NCBI GenBank assembly: GCA_044345905.1
Contig: JBIJAF010000001.1
Span: forward strand, 20,305-84,304
Direction of reading: 5' to 3'
DNA: 64,000 bases
From: Rhodoluna sp.
GTDB lineage: Bacteria; Actinomycetota; Actinomycetes; Actinomycetales; Microbacteriaceae
Numbering within the stretch: position 1 is the stretch's first letter; each line of letters starts with the position of its first letter. The position numbers and the translations under genes are program-made. Shown here one piece after another: positions 8,919 to 17,961 of the stretch. The notes under the pieces were generated by a model, which saw nothing but the letters and a program-made list of their open reading frames with translations, was not told the DNA's origin and searched no databases.

Positions 8919-10463
8919 TTAGCTCTCTTTAATGAAGTCTCTGAGCCACTGAGCTCTAGAAGGGTGCTTTAGCTTAGACATTGTCTTAGCTTCAATCTGG
9001 CGAATTCTTTCGCGAGTCACACCGTGCTCTTCACCGATCTGGTCAAGAGTCTTCATTACTCCATCACCAATTCCGTAACGGCTTCGAATAACCGCAGCTT
9101 CACGAGGAGTTAGTGTGTCAAGAAGTCTTTCGATTTCTCTCTGCATGATTCTGAAAGCAACTGCATCAGCTGGCTGCACAGCTTCGGTGTCTTCGATTAG
9201 ATCACCGAATTCAGAGTCACCATCTTCACCAAGTGGAGTTGAAAGGGAAATAGGTTCGCGACCATACTTCTGAACTTCAACAACCTTCTCAGGTGTCATG
9301 TCTAGTTCACGTGCTAATTCTTCAGGGGTTGGTTCGCGACCTAGGTCTTGAAGCAACTGACGTTGAACTCTTGAAAGTTTGTTAATAACTTCAACCATGT
9401 GCACAGGAATACGAATAGTTCTTGCCTGGTCAGCCATCGCTCTTGTGATTGCTTGACGAATCCACCAAGTTGCATAGGTAGAGAACTTGAATCCCTTTGT
9501 GTAGTCAAACTTCTCAACGGCTCTAATCAAACCGAGGTTTCCTTCTTGAATCAGATCCAAGAATTGCATTCCGCGACCGGTGTAACGCTTTGCAAGGCTA
9601 ACCACAAGACGAAGGTTTGCTTCTAGTAGATGGCTCTTTGAACGTTGACCATCTTTCACAACCCAACGAAGATCTCTAGCCATGTCTTTGGTTAGCTTCT
9701 TATCGGTAGCAAGTTTCTCTTCAGCGAAAAGTCCAGCTTCAATTCTCTTTGCAAGTTCAACTTCCAACTCAGCGTTAAGAAGTGCAACCTTACCGATTTG
9801 CTTTAGATAGTCCTTAACTGGGTCAGCAGTTGCACCAGTAATGCTTGTGCTCTGAACCTGAAGATCATCTTCTTCTTTTGTTGAAAGAACTAGAGCACCT
9901 TCAGGAACTATAGGTTTGTCTTCGTCTTCTTCAACTTCAGGAATGGTTTCATCTATCTCAGCAACGATTACATCTACATCTGCTTCAGCAACAATCGCCT
10001 CTGGATCTAAATCATCTTCTTCATCATCAAGGTCTAGTCCATCTATGCCAGCAGCTTTTGTGGCAGAAATCTTTTTAGGTGCCTTTACAGCTGACTTAGC
10101 AGCAGGCTTTGCCGCAGCTTTAGTTGCCTTAGCGGCTGGCTTGGCAACTGGTTTAGCAGTGGCTTTGGTCGCTTTCTTGACTACAGGCTTTGCAACAACT
10201 TTCTTGGCGGTAACCTTCGGAGCTGCTTTGGTTGCCTTAGCAACAGGTTTGGCTTTGGCTTTGGTTGCCTTAGCTGCAGGCTTTGCGGCCTTAACAACTG
10301 GCTTAACGGCAGGCTTCTTAGCGACTGGCTTTGCTTTTGCTACGGTTGCTTTTGCTTTTGTTGCAGGAGCTTTGGTGGCTGAAGGTTTGATTGATTTTCC
10401 TTTAGTAGGTGTGGCGGCTTTCTTAGCCGAAGCGGCCGATGTCTTAGCTGGTTTTGAAGCCAT
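8919..10463 (-). CDS. sigA: Principal RNA polymerase sigma factor (sigma-70 group 1)
   Basis: 514-aa ORF with regions 1.2-4.2 recognisable ([61 protein letters not shown]). The N-terminal roughly 130 aa are a Lys/Ala/Pro/Thr-rich repeat tail. Confidence 0.9.
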   Translation of the reverse strand: MASKPAKTSAASAKKAATPTKGKSIKPSATKAPATKAKATVAKAKPVAKKPAVKPVVKAAKPAAKATKAKAKPVAKATKAAPKVTAKKVVAKPVVKKATKATAKPVAKPAAKATKAAAKPAAKSAVKAPKKISATKAAGIDGLDLDDEEDDLDPEAIVAEADVDVIVAEIDETIPEVEEDEDKPIVPEGALVLSTKEEDDLQVQSTSITGATADPVKDYLKQIGKVALLNAELEVELAKRIEAGLFAEEKLATDKKLTKDMARDLRWVVKDGQRSKSHLLEANLRLVVSLAKRYTGRGMQFLDLIQEGNLGLIRAVEKFDYTKGFKFSTYATWWIRQAITRAMADQARTIRIPVHMVEVINKLSRVQRQLLQDLGREPTPEELARELDMTPEKVVEVQKYGREPISLSTPLGEDGDSEFGDLIEDTEAVQPADAVAFRIMQREIERLLDTLTPREAAVIRSRYGIGDGVMKTLDQIGEEHGVTRERIRQIEAKTMSKLKHPSRAQWLRDFIKES

Positions 10464-10645
10464 GTGAACCTTCAGTGTTTAAGGGTTGACCGTATCGAAA
10501 AATCGGGCATTACGAAGACCCATGTCAAATCGGGTGAAATGACTGGGTCTGTCTCCAATTATGCCACCTATCCTTGACTTTACGGTTCAACGGAGCCAAA
10601 TGATGTCCCTAAGCCTTACAACCAGCAAAATCTTGGATTTATTCC

Positions 10646-11893
10646 CTATTTCGAAGTTTTTAGGGCTTTTCGACTTTCTTTTCTGAAGAAAAATAGTCCA
10701 ATGGCAATAACTATGAACTGAGCGGCAAATCCCCACCTGAAACTCTCTAGGTTGTAGCGGTCAATGCCACTGGCTGGATCATAGAGAAGGTCAATCACTA
10801 GCCCGGTTAGGTACATCATGACCAAAGTAGCCAAGAAGCCGCCAACGTTGGCAAATCCATTGGCTGATCCCAAGCTCTGCTTAGGGACAAAGTCCTTAGA
10901 GAAGTCAAAAGCCACCATTGATGCAGGTCCACCAATGGATATGACTAGGAAACAGATGAGCAATAGCCATGATGGCGACTTTTCAGGCATTGCCAACAAG
11001 ACCACCCAAGCTAAAACAGTTAGCCACACCACTGAATAAACGAGCCTAGTTCGATGTTGCGGTGCTCTTGCACATACTTCAGCAATAATCGGCCCAGTGA
11101 TAAACCCAAAGCCAACCATTGCAGTAAGAATGAAGGCAACAAATTCAAGTTTCTGACCTTGACCAGTTACTAGGTATGGAACTGCCCACAACAAACCAAC
11201 CGATGTTGTAGTTGGTTGAGTAGTGAAATGTGTCCAGAAAGACATTCGGATTCCAGGAATCCTTACATTCTCAACTAACTGAGCCCAAGCTTCCTTTAAA
11301 GAATTAACCGCATGAGTTTTCTTTTTGCCCTCTTCGGCTTCATTGGAGGTGAAGGCTATAAGCAAGAGAACTACAAGCAAAGAAGCTGCTGCCATGATTG
11401 AAAACGCTGGTTCCCAGCCAAGATTCTCTAGCATGAACCAGAACGGAACTGCGGAGAAGAACTGTCCTGTTTGCCCAGCTGTTGAAACATATTGTTGAAG
11501 CTTTGATGCCTTGGCACCTGAATACCAACCATTGATCATTCTGATCATTGAGATAAAGGTAAAGCTATCCCCCATTCCAACCAACATTCTGCCCACTACC
11601 GCAATCTCGAGACTTGGTGCGAAGGCAACGGTTAGTTGACCTGCAGCCATGATTGCTGCACCTACAACAAGCAGAACTTTGGCACCAAATCGATCGACAA
11701 GAATTCCGACTGGAATCTGCATGGCCGCATAAACAATTAATTGAAATACTGCGAGTGTGGCCAACTGCTGAGCATTGGTATCAAATCGCTCACTCGCTGT
11801 GAGGGTTGCAACTCCAAGGGATGAACGTTGGGTTACAGCTAAAAAATATGCCAGACCTGCAATAAAGAGAACCAGAGTTGGTGAACGTTTCAG
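10646..11893 (-). CDS. MFS transporter (start uncertain; ORF track starts at TTG 11764)
   Basis: Multi-TM ORF with the MFS motif PVGILVDRFGAK. The same frame stays open upstream to 11917 and encodes a typical TM1 (KRSPTLVLFIAGLAYFLAVTQRSSLGVA) with no ATG/GTG/TTG. CTG at 11893-11891 overlaps the upstream TGA, and AGAGGA lies 6 nt upstream of it. Confidence 0.75.
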   Translation of the reverse strand: MKRSPTLVLFIAGLAYFLAVTQRSSLGVATLTASERFDTNAQQLATLAVFQLIVYAAMQIPVGILVDRFGAKVLLVVGAAIMAAGQLTVAFAPSLEIAVVGRMLVGMGDSFTFISMIRMINGWYSGAKASKLQQYVSTAGQTGQFFSAVPFWFMLENLGWEPAFSIMAAASLLVVLLLIAFTSNEAEEGKKKTHAVNSLKEAWAQLVENVRIPGIRMSFWTHFTTQPTTTSVGLLWAVPYLVTGQGQKLEFVAFILTAMVGFGFITGPIIAEVCARAPQHRTRLVYSVVWLTVLAWVVLLAMPEKSPSWLLLICFLVISIGGPASMVAFDFSKDFVPKQSLGSANGFANVGGFLATLVMMYLTGLVIDLLYDPASGIDRYNLESFRWGFAAQFIVIAIGLFFFRKESRKALKTSK

Positions 11894-12819
11894 TCTTGGT
11901 CCTCTTCGTTCTCCTGTTTATTCTTTTGGTGGCTAGCTAAGTATCCTTCAAGTTCGGCTGCAATCTCATCGGCATCAGGGATTGCTCTCTCGCGAGGCTT
12001 GACTGAACCGAGCCCATTGGCTGAACGTTCATTCTGGAAACTAGTTTCCAAACCTTGAACCATCCGAGCAAGATCTTGGTTCTCGGCCATTTGAGCTGTG
12101 ATCCTGCGAAGGAAAGCATCTCCCTCATCACGAATATCATCTGTTGGAAATACCAAACCTAGATGGCTACTGATTAGCTCTAAGCCAGCAACAGCGGCTT
12201 GTGGGAACTCAGAGTCTGAGAGGTAGTGCGGGATAAGAAGAACGAAACCTGTGCTTGGAATGTTGGCTTGGGTAAGTCTGTATTCAAGTAAGTGCATGAT
12301 GTTTCCCGGTACCTGGGTGCGAGGCTTCCATTCAGAATACTCAGCTATGACATCTTTTTGATTACCTGAAACTGTTACTCCTACAGGCTTTGTGTGAGGA
12401 ATTGGGAAAGGAATTGCATGTAGCCAAGTCAAGTCTTCGATGGCAAGAAGAGCAAACAACTGCTCTATAGCCTCAGCGAAGGCTTCCCACTTAAAGTCAG
12501 GCTCATAGCCGTTTAGGAATAGGAACTGAGTTCCAACTTCATCCCTGACTAAATGTAGAGAAAGAGTCGCTGGCTGGTAATCCTCGATGTGATCCTGCTC
12601 GAAATACATGACTGGACGTCTGGAACGGTAATCCAGAAGTTCATCATTATTGAACACAACGATGGTTTCGTATTCCAAGTTCCCGAGAATGTGATCTGAG
12701 ATCTGCTGCATGGCTGAACCAGCGTCTGTGAAGCCTGATATAGAGGCAAACAGGTGAAGACCCTCTGGTACGAAAACATCAGAGTTGACCAGTGTGAATA
12801 GAGAATTTGGCTGTGCCAT
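11890..12819 (-). CDS. PAC2 (proteasome assembly chaperone 2-like) family protein
   Basis: 309-aa ORF. The N-terminus LHLFASISGFTDAGSA and the overall pattern resemble actinobacterial PAC2 family proteins. The C-terminal tail is acidic. Confidence 0.6.
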   Translation of the reverse strand: MAQPNSLFTLVNSDVFVPEGLHLFASISGFTDAGSAMQQISDHILGNLEYETIVVFNNDELLDYRSRRPVMYFEQDHIEDYQPATLSLHLVRDEVGTQFLFLNGYEPDFKWEAFAEAIEQLFALLAIEDLTWLHAIPFPIPHTKPVGVTVSGNQKDVIAEYSEWKPRTQVPGNIMHLLEYRLTQANIPSTGFVLLIPHYLSDSEFPQAAVAGLELISSHLGLVFPTDDIRDEGDAFLRRITAQMAENQDLARMVQGLETSFQNERSANGLGSVKPRERAIPDADEIAAELEGYLASHQKNKQENEEDQD

Positions 12820-12846
12820 GTGTTCATTCTACTTTCCCTAGATAAC

Positions 12847-14346
12847 ATGGAGTTTATGACCTCAATTTCTTACAAAGTATTAGCAAGCTCCCCTAAATCA
12901 ACAGCAGACTCAATGTCTATTTATGCTGTGGGTCTGGATGGAAAAGACATCAAACTCCAAGGCTCAGCAGCCAAGGTAACAGGGTTGAAATCACTCAAAC
13001 TAAAGTCTCTTTCTGTATCAGGAGCTTATGAAGCAACCTCAAGAGTGAGCGTTGGCTCAGAGGTATTGGGTCTTATAGGTATTGGCGCAGGAATTACATC
13101 TCACTCAAAGGCTCGCGAGGTTGGTGGAGCTATCGGTAGAGCGTTCAACGATGTGAAGACCATCAACATTGACATTCCAGTTGCTTCTGCAGAGATTGCC
13201 ATCGCATTGCTAGAAGGCATTGCAATTGTTCAGTACGACTACAACCACTACAAGTCTGGTGAGAAGAAGCCTGCATCACTAAAGGCTGTGAACCTAATTA
13301 CTTCAAAGACTGTTTCAAAGTCAGATCTCAACAGAATCAATGTTCTTTCTATTGCTTTGAACCAAACAAGGGATCTCATAAACGCTCCTGGAAATGATTT
13401 GTATCCAGCAAAGATGGCAGAGATTGTTAAGTCTCAGTCAAAGATTCCTGGTGTAACAGTAGAAATCTGGGATGAGAAGAAACTTGCTAAAGAAAAGTGC
13501 GCAGGAATTCTTTCAGTTGGTCAGGGTTCAGTTCGTGGGCCTCGTCTAGTGAAGATTACTTACTCCCCTGCCAAAGCAAAGGCACACCTAGCTTTGGTTG
13601 GAAAGGGAATCACCTTTGACACCGGAGGTATTTCACTCAAACCACCTCTAGGCATACTTGGCATGAAGTACGACATGGCAGGTGCAGCAACAATTGCTCA
13701 GGCAACTTTTGCTATTGCAAAGCTTGGTTTACCAATTAAGGTAACCGCATTCTTGTGTATCGCTGAGAACATGCCGTCGGGTTCGGCTACTCGCCCTACC
13801 GATGTCATTACCTTCCGCAATGGCAAGACTGTAGAAGTTACAAACACCGACGCCGAGGGCCGCTTAGTCATGGCTGATGGGCTCGTTTTGGCCTCAGAAT
13901 TGAAGCCAGATCTAATGATTGACCTAGCAACCTTGACCGGCGGGGCAAGAGTTGCGCTAGGAAACCGTTATACCGGTCTGATGGGTGAAGACAAGGCTGT
14001 AGCTGCTATTGAGAAAGCGGCAAGTGTCGCGGGTGAACTCGTTTGGCACATGCCTCTAGCCGAAGAGCTTTTTGATCTTTTGAAGTCAGATATTGCTGAC
14101 ATGGTTAACAGTCGATTGGGCAATCCTGCCGGAAGCATGCTAGTTGGTGGCTTGTTTCTGAGAGAATTCGTTGGCTTAGCCTCGCCAAAAGGGCAGGAAC
14201 GTCTTAACTGGGCACACCTAGACTTTGCTACGGCGGCTAACAATGACCTTGCTCCTTATGGCTACGCAGTCAAGGGAGCTACCGGCTCTATGGTCAGAAC
14301 CCTGGTCACCGTAGCCGAGCAGTTAGCAACTAAACAGAAGAAATAG
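12847..14346 (+). CDS. pepA: Leucyl aminopeptidase (M17)
   Basis: M17 motifs VGKGITFDTGGISLKP and NTDAEGRLVMAD are present. The ORF track starts at GTG 12820, directly abutting the divergent PAC2 start. In-frame ATGs at 12847 and 12856 are more likely starts. Confidence 0.85.
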   Translation: MEFMTSISYKVLASSPKSTADSMSIYAVGLDGKDIKLQGSAAKVTGLKSLKLKSLSVSGAYEATSRVSVGSEVLGLIGIGAGITSHSKAREVGGAIGRAFNDVKTINIDIPVASAEIAIALLEGIAIVQYDYNHYKSGEKKPASLKAVNLITSKTVSKSDLNRINVLSIALNQTRDLINAPGNDLYPAKMAEIVKSQSKIPGVTVEIWDEKKLAKEKCAGILSVGQGSVRGPRLVKITYSPAKAKAHLALVGKGITFDTGGISLKPPLGILGMKYDMAGAATIAQATFAIAKLGLPIKVTAFLCIAENMPSGSATRPTDVITFRNGKTVEVTNTDAEGRLVMADGLVLASELKPDLMIDLATLTGGARVALGNRYTGLMGEDKAVAAIEKAASVAGELVWHMPLAEELFDLLKSDIADMVNSRLGNPAGSMLVGGLFLREFVGLASPKGQERLNWAHLDFATAANNDLAPYGYAVKGATGSMVRTLVTVAEQLATKQKK

Positions 14347-14403
14347 TCTTCTAGTAATCTTTATAACGAACCCTTACGTAAATAATCTCTTTGAGGAGCA
14401 AAA

Positions 14404-15780
14404 TTGGCCGAGCATAATTTCGACGTCGTAATCCTTGGTGGCGGAAGTGGTGGCTACGCAGCCGCACTTAGAAGTTCACAACTAGGTTTATCAGTTGCTC
14501 TTATCGAAAGAGACAAGCTAGGTGGAACTTGTCTTCATCGTGGTTGTATTCCAACCAAAGCTCTTCTTCATTCAGCTGAAGTTGCTGATGTTACTCGTGA
14601 TGCTGGCGCCGTTGGTGTTCAAGCAACTTTCCAGGGAATTGACATGCCTCAGGTGAACAAGTACCGCGATGGAATTGTGGATCGTTTGTTCAAGGGTCTA
14701 ACTGGTTTGGTTTCTGCAAAAGAAATCACAGTTGTTTCCGGTGAAGGAAGTCTTGTTGCTCCAAAAACCATTTCTGTAAACGGAGATACCTACACAGGTA
14801 AAAACATTGTTCTTGCAACTGGTTCATACAGCAAGACTCTTCCAGGTCTTGAAATTGGTGGAAGAGTAATTACTTCTGAGCACGCTCTACAGCTTGACTT
14901 TGTTCCAAGCAAGGTAATCGTGCTTGGTGGTGGAGTTATTGGTGTTGAGTTCGCATCTATCTGGAGATCATTCGGAACAGATGTAACCATCATTGAAGGT
15001 CTACCAACTCTCGTTCCTAATGAAGATGCTTCTGTTAGCAAGGCAATGGAGAGAGCATTCCGCAAGCGTGGAATCAACTTCAAGACTGGTGTTCGTTTCC
15101 AAGGAGTTCAGCAGAGTGCAACCGGTGTTGTTGCAACTCTTGAGAACGGTGAAACATTCGATGGCGAGCTAATGCTTGTTGCTGTTGGTCGTGGACCAAA
15201 CACAGCTGGATTTGGTTACGAAGAAAACGGCGTGAAGATGGATCGCGGTTATGTTCTAACCAACGAAAGACTAGAAACTTCAGTTCCTGGAGTTTACGCA
15301 GCCGGTGATATCGTTCCTGGTTTGCAGTTAGCTCACAGAGGATTCCAGCAGGGTATCTTCATCGCTGAAGAAATTGCAGGTCTACGTCCAGCTCCAATCG
15401 ATGAACTAGGTATCCCTAAGGTCACATATAGCGAACCTGAGATTGCATCTGTTGGTCTAACTGAAGCTAAGGCTGCAGAGACTTACGGTCAAGACAACAT
15501 CTCTGTCTACGAATACAACCTAGGTGGTAACGGTAAGAGCCAGATTCTTGGAACCGCTGGTTTCGTAAAACTTATTAGACGCAACAACGGTCCAATCATT
15601 GGTATCCACATGATTGGTTCACGCGTTGGTGAACAGATCGGTGAAGCACAGCTAATCGTCAATTGGGAAGCATTCCCTGAAGAGGTTGCATCCCTTGTTC
15701 ACGCCCACCCAACTATGAACGAAGCTATCGGTGAGGCCCACATGGCACTCGCTGGTAAACCACTTCACGCACACGCCTAA
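14404..15780 (+). CDS. lpdA: Dihydrolipoyl dehydrogenase (E3)
   Basis: FAD-binding VVILGGGSGGY, redox-active disulfide GGTCLHRGCIPTK, and C-terminal HAHPTMNEA. The TTG start is preceded by GAGGAG, and no upstream ATG precedes the Rossmann motif. Confidence 0.9.
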   Translation: MAEHNFDVVILGGGSGGYAAALRSSQLGLSVALIERDKLGGTCLHRGCIPTKALLHSAEVADVTRDAGAVGVQATFQGIDMPQVNKYRDGIVDRLFKGLTGLVSAKEITVVSGEGSLVAPKTISVNGDTYTGKNIVLATGSYSKTLPGLEIGGRVITSEHALQLDFVPSKVIVLGGGVIGVEFASIWRSFGTDVTIIEGLPTLVPNEDASVSKAMERAFRKRGINFKTGVRFQGVQQSATGVVATLENGETFDGELMLVAVGRGPNTAGFGYEENGVKMDRGYVLTNERLETSVPGVYAAGDIVPGLQLAHRGFQQGIFIAEEIAGLRPAPIDELGIPKVTYSEPEIASVGLTEAKAAETYGQDNISVYEYNLGGNGKSQILGTAGFVKLIRRNNGPIIGIHMIGSRVGEQIGEAQLIVNWEAFPEEVASLVHAHPTMNEAIGEAHMALAGKPLHAHA

Positions 15781-15808
15781 ACTAGAGATTGCCCACAAGG
15801 AGTAAATA

Positions 15809-17185
15809 ATGAGCGAAGTTAAACTTCCAGCACTAGGTGAAAGCGTCACCGAAGGAACCATCACAAGATGGTTGAAGAAGGTCGGCGACACCGTTGCAAT
15901 CGACGAAGCACTAGTTGAAGTATCAACTGACAAGGTTGACACCGAGATTCCTTCACCGGTTGCTGGTGTGCTTCAGCAGATCCTTGTTCAGGAAGATGAA
16001 GTAGCACTTGTTGGTGCTGTTCTTGCAATAATTGGTGATGGAGTTGCCTCAAGTGCTCCAGCAGCTTCTGCCCCACCAGTAGTCGAGGCACCTGCAGCAG
16101 CTCCGGTAGCTGCTCCAGTTGTTGAAGCTCCAGTAGTTGCACCAGTTGTTGCTGCGCCAGTAGTAGCTCCTCCAGTAGTTGCAGCTCCTGTTGTTCAGGC
16201 TCCAGTTGCTCCTGCTGTTTCAATGCCAGTATTCACTCCACAGGTTTCTACCCCTGCAGCTACACCAGCTGCTCCTGCAACAACAAACACAGACCCAAGC
16301 TACGTAACACCACTAGTTAGAAAGCTTGCAGCTGAATCAGGTGTTAACCTGGCAGCTGTTTCAGGTACTGGTGTTGGCGGAAGAATTCGTCGTGAAGATG
16401 TTCTAACTGCAGCTAGCGGTGCATCATCTGCTCCGGCAGCTCCAGCTTTCACAGCTGCTCCATCCGCTCTTCGTGGAACTGTTGAACCAATGTCAAGGCT
16501 TCGTAAGGTGCTTGGCGAGCGTGCAGTTGCTTCTATGGTTTCAAGTGCTCAGCTAACAACAGTGGTTGAAGTTGACGTAACTAAGATTGCTCAGCTTCGT
16601 TCGAAGGTTCAGGCAGAATTCACAGCAAAGACTGGAGTGAAGCTTAACTTCATGCCTTTCTTCTTCCTAGCTGCAGCTGAAGCTCTTCGCACTCACCCGA
16701 AGATCAACGCTGCTATCGATGGTGAAAACATTGTTTACCACGCAACAGAGAACATTAGCTTTGCTGTTGACACTGAGCGCGGATTGCTAACTCCAGTTAT
16801 CCGTGATGCAGCATCTCTAAGCCTTGGTGCTATTGCTCAGCAGATTGCTGACATGGCTGCAAGAACTAGAGAGAACAAGTTGAAGCCAGATGAGCTTTCA
16901 GGTGGAACATTCACTTTGACCAACACTGGTTCAAGAGGTGCTCTATTCGACACTCCTGTCGTGTTCCTACCTCAGTCAGCAATTCTTGGAACAGGTGTTG
17001 TTGCCAAGAGGCCAGTAGTTGTTACAGATGAGAATGGTCAAGACAGCATCGCTATCAGAAGCATGGTTTACCTAGCCCTTTCCTACGACCACAGAATCAT
17101 TGATGGTGCAGATGCAAGCAGATTCTTGGTTGATGTGAAGGCAAGACTAGAAGACGCTAACTTCCAGGCTAACTTCGGTTTCTAA
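15809..17185 (+). CDS. sucB: Dihydrolipoamide acyl(succinyl)transferase E2
   Basis: Single lipoyl domain (VSTDKVDTEIPSP), an Ala/Pro/Val-rich linker, an E3-binding segment (VTPLVRKLAAESGVNL), and a catalytic domain with DHRIIDG. Confidence 0.85.
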   Translation: MSEVKLPALGESVTEGTITRWLKKVGDTVAIDEALVEVSTDKVDTEIPSPVAGVLQQILVQEDEVALVGAVLAIIGDGVASSAPAASAPPVVEAPAAAPVAAPVVEAPVVAPVVAAPVVAPPVVAAPVVQAPVAPAVSMPVFTPQVSTPAATPAAPATTNTDPSYVTPLVRKLAAESGVNLAAVSGTGVGGRIRREDVLTAASGASSAPAAPAFTAAPSALRGTVEPMSRLRKVLGERAVASMVSSAQLTTVVEVDVTKIAQLRSKVQAEFTAKTGVKLNFMPFFFLAAAEALRTHPKINAAIDGENIVYHATENISFAVDTERGLLTPVIRDAASLSLGAIAQQIADMAARTRENKLKPDELSGGTFTLTNTGSRGALFDTPVVFLPQSAILGTGVVAKRPVVVTDENGQDSIAIRSMVYLALSYDHRIIDGADASRFLVDVKARLEDANFQANFGF

Positions 17186-17865
17186 TAAACCTTAGAAACA
17201 GTGACTTGGTTGCTTTGTGACCAAGCATCTACCCTGAAGTATTTCTGATCACACTTTCGTTTCAGTTTGAGTTGAATCAATCCGCCTAGTTTTTGCATAT
17301 TGGCAATCTTGTATTCAAAACCAATTACTTTGATTGACTTCGACTTTGAAATTTCGCCTACTAGCTCGTCATCTATCTGAATCGGTAATCCACACTTGAC
17401 CACTGCCTTTGGTTTCTGACTAATCTCAACGACTGGAACATCTGCAACCACTGGTTTTGGAACAACAGACAAAAATCCTGCTATTGCGACAAGAGCAAGA
17501 ATTGCAACCAGTGGCTTCTTTCCTCTACCTGAAGCGACTGATTCAAATCCAGAAATGGCATTGAGCTTCTGAACTCTAGTTTTCTTTGTTCTCTGAATCG
17601 ACTTATGGATTAGTTCAAGGTCGTTAATGCTGACTAACAATGCAACCTTGCCGTTACGAAGACGAACTGGACTTACATTTAGATCACTAAGTGAACTGAG
17701 TAACAATGGCCATGCTCTTGATCTACTAGGAACCAGTAGGTACTGGTTCTCCCCTAACCCACGTCTGTCCTTGACTATCCAGAATGATCCGTATCTGCGT
17801 CTTTTTTCAAGCCTCAACACAGCGAAGTGTCTAAGGGCTGGCTGTGAGGAAAAGAGCATGCCCAA
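17182..17865 (-). CDS. Hypothetical membrane-anchored protein (lineage-specific)
   Basis: 227-aa ORF with a basic N-terminal domain of about 110 aa, one predicted TM helix (PLVAILALVAIAGFLSVV) and a C-terminal domain of about 85 aa. I recognise no family. Hand-counted lines are AT-richer than in sucB. Confidence 0.5.
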   Translation of the reverse strand: MGMLFSSQPALRHFAVLRLEKRRRYGSFWIVKDRRGLGENQYLLVPSRSRAWPLLLSSLSDLNVSPVRLRNGKVALLVSINDLELIHKSIQRTKKTRVQKLNAISGFESVASGRGKKPLVAILALVAIAGFLSVVPKPVVADVPVVEISQKPKAVVKCGLPIQIDDELVGEISKSKSIKVIGFEYKIANMQKLGGLIQLKLKRKCDQKYFRVDAWSQSNQVTVSKVY

Positions 17866-17901
17866 TCTTCATCGAAATACCTGTTTCCTGACTCTTGTGG
17901 G

Positions 17902-17931
17902 CTGGTAGTTGTGGGTATCTGGAGGTATTTG
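17902..17931. repeat. Three tandem 10-bp imperfect repeats (nnGGTAnyTG) in the divergent hypothetical/lipB intergenic region
   Basis: The units are CTGGTAGTTG TGGGTATCTG GAGGTATTTG. GGTA recurs at 17904, 17914 and 17924, exactly one helical turn apart. TTGTGGG is also duplicated at 17895 and 17909. Confidence 0.45.
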
Positions 17932-17961
17932 GGGCCTGTGGATGGGATTTAGAATTGAGTC

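Noticed and set aside
9916-10467. 183-aa + strand ORF antisense to the sigA N-terminus
   Set aside because: It is a pure Ala/Gly/Thr/Leu low-complexity mirror image of the Lys/Ala repeat coding region. It lies entirely inside a confidently identified gene, so it is an antisense artefact of repeats.
17182-17865. Low-GC hypothetical ORF as a horizontally acquired islet
   Set aside because: Hand counts show 33-43 % GC, but core genes such as gatD are similarly AT-rich in places. There are no flanking repeats, no tRNA and no integrase, so the support is insufficient.
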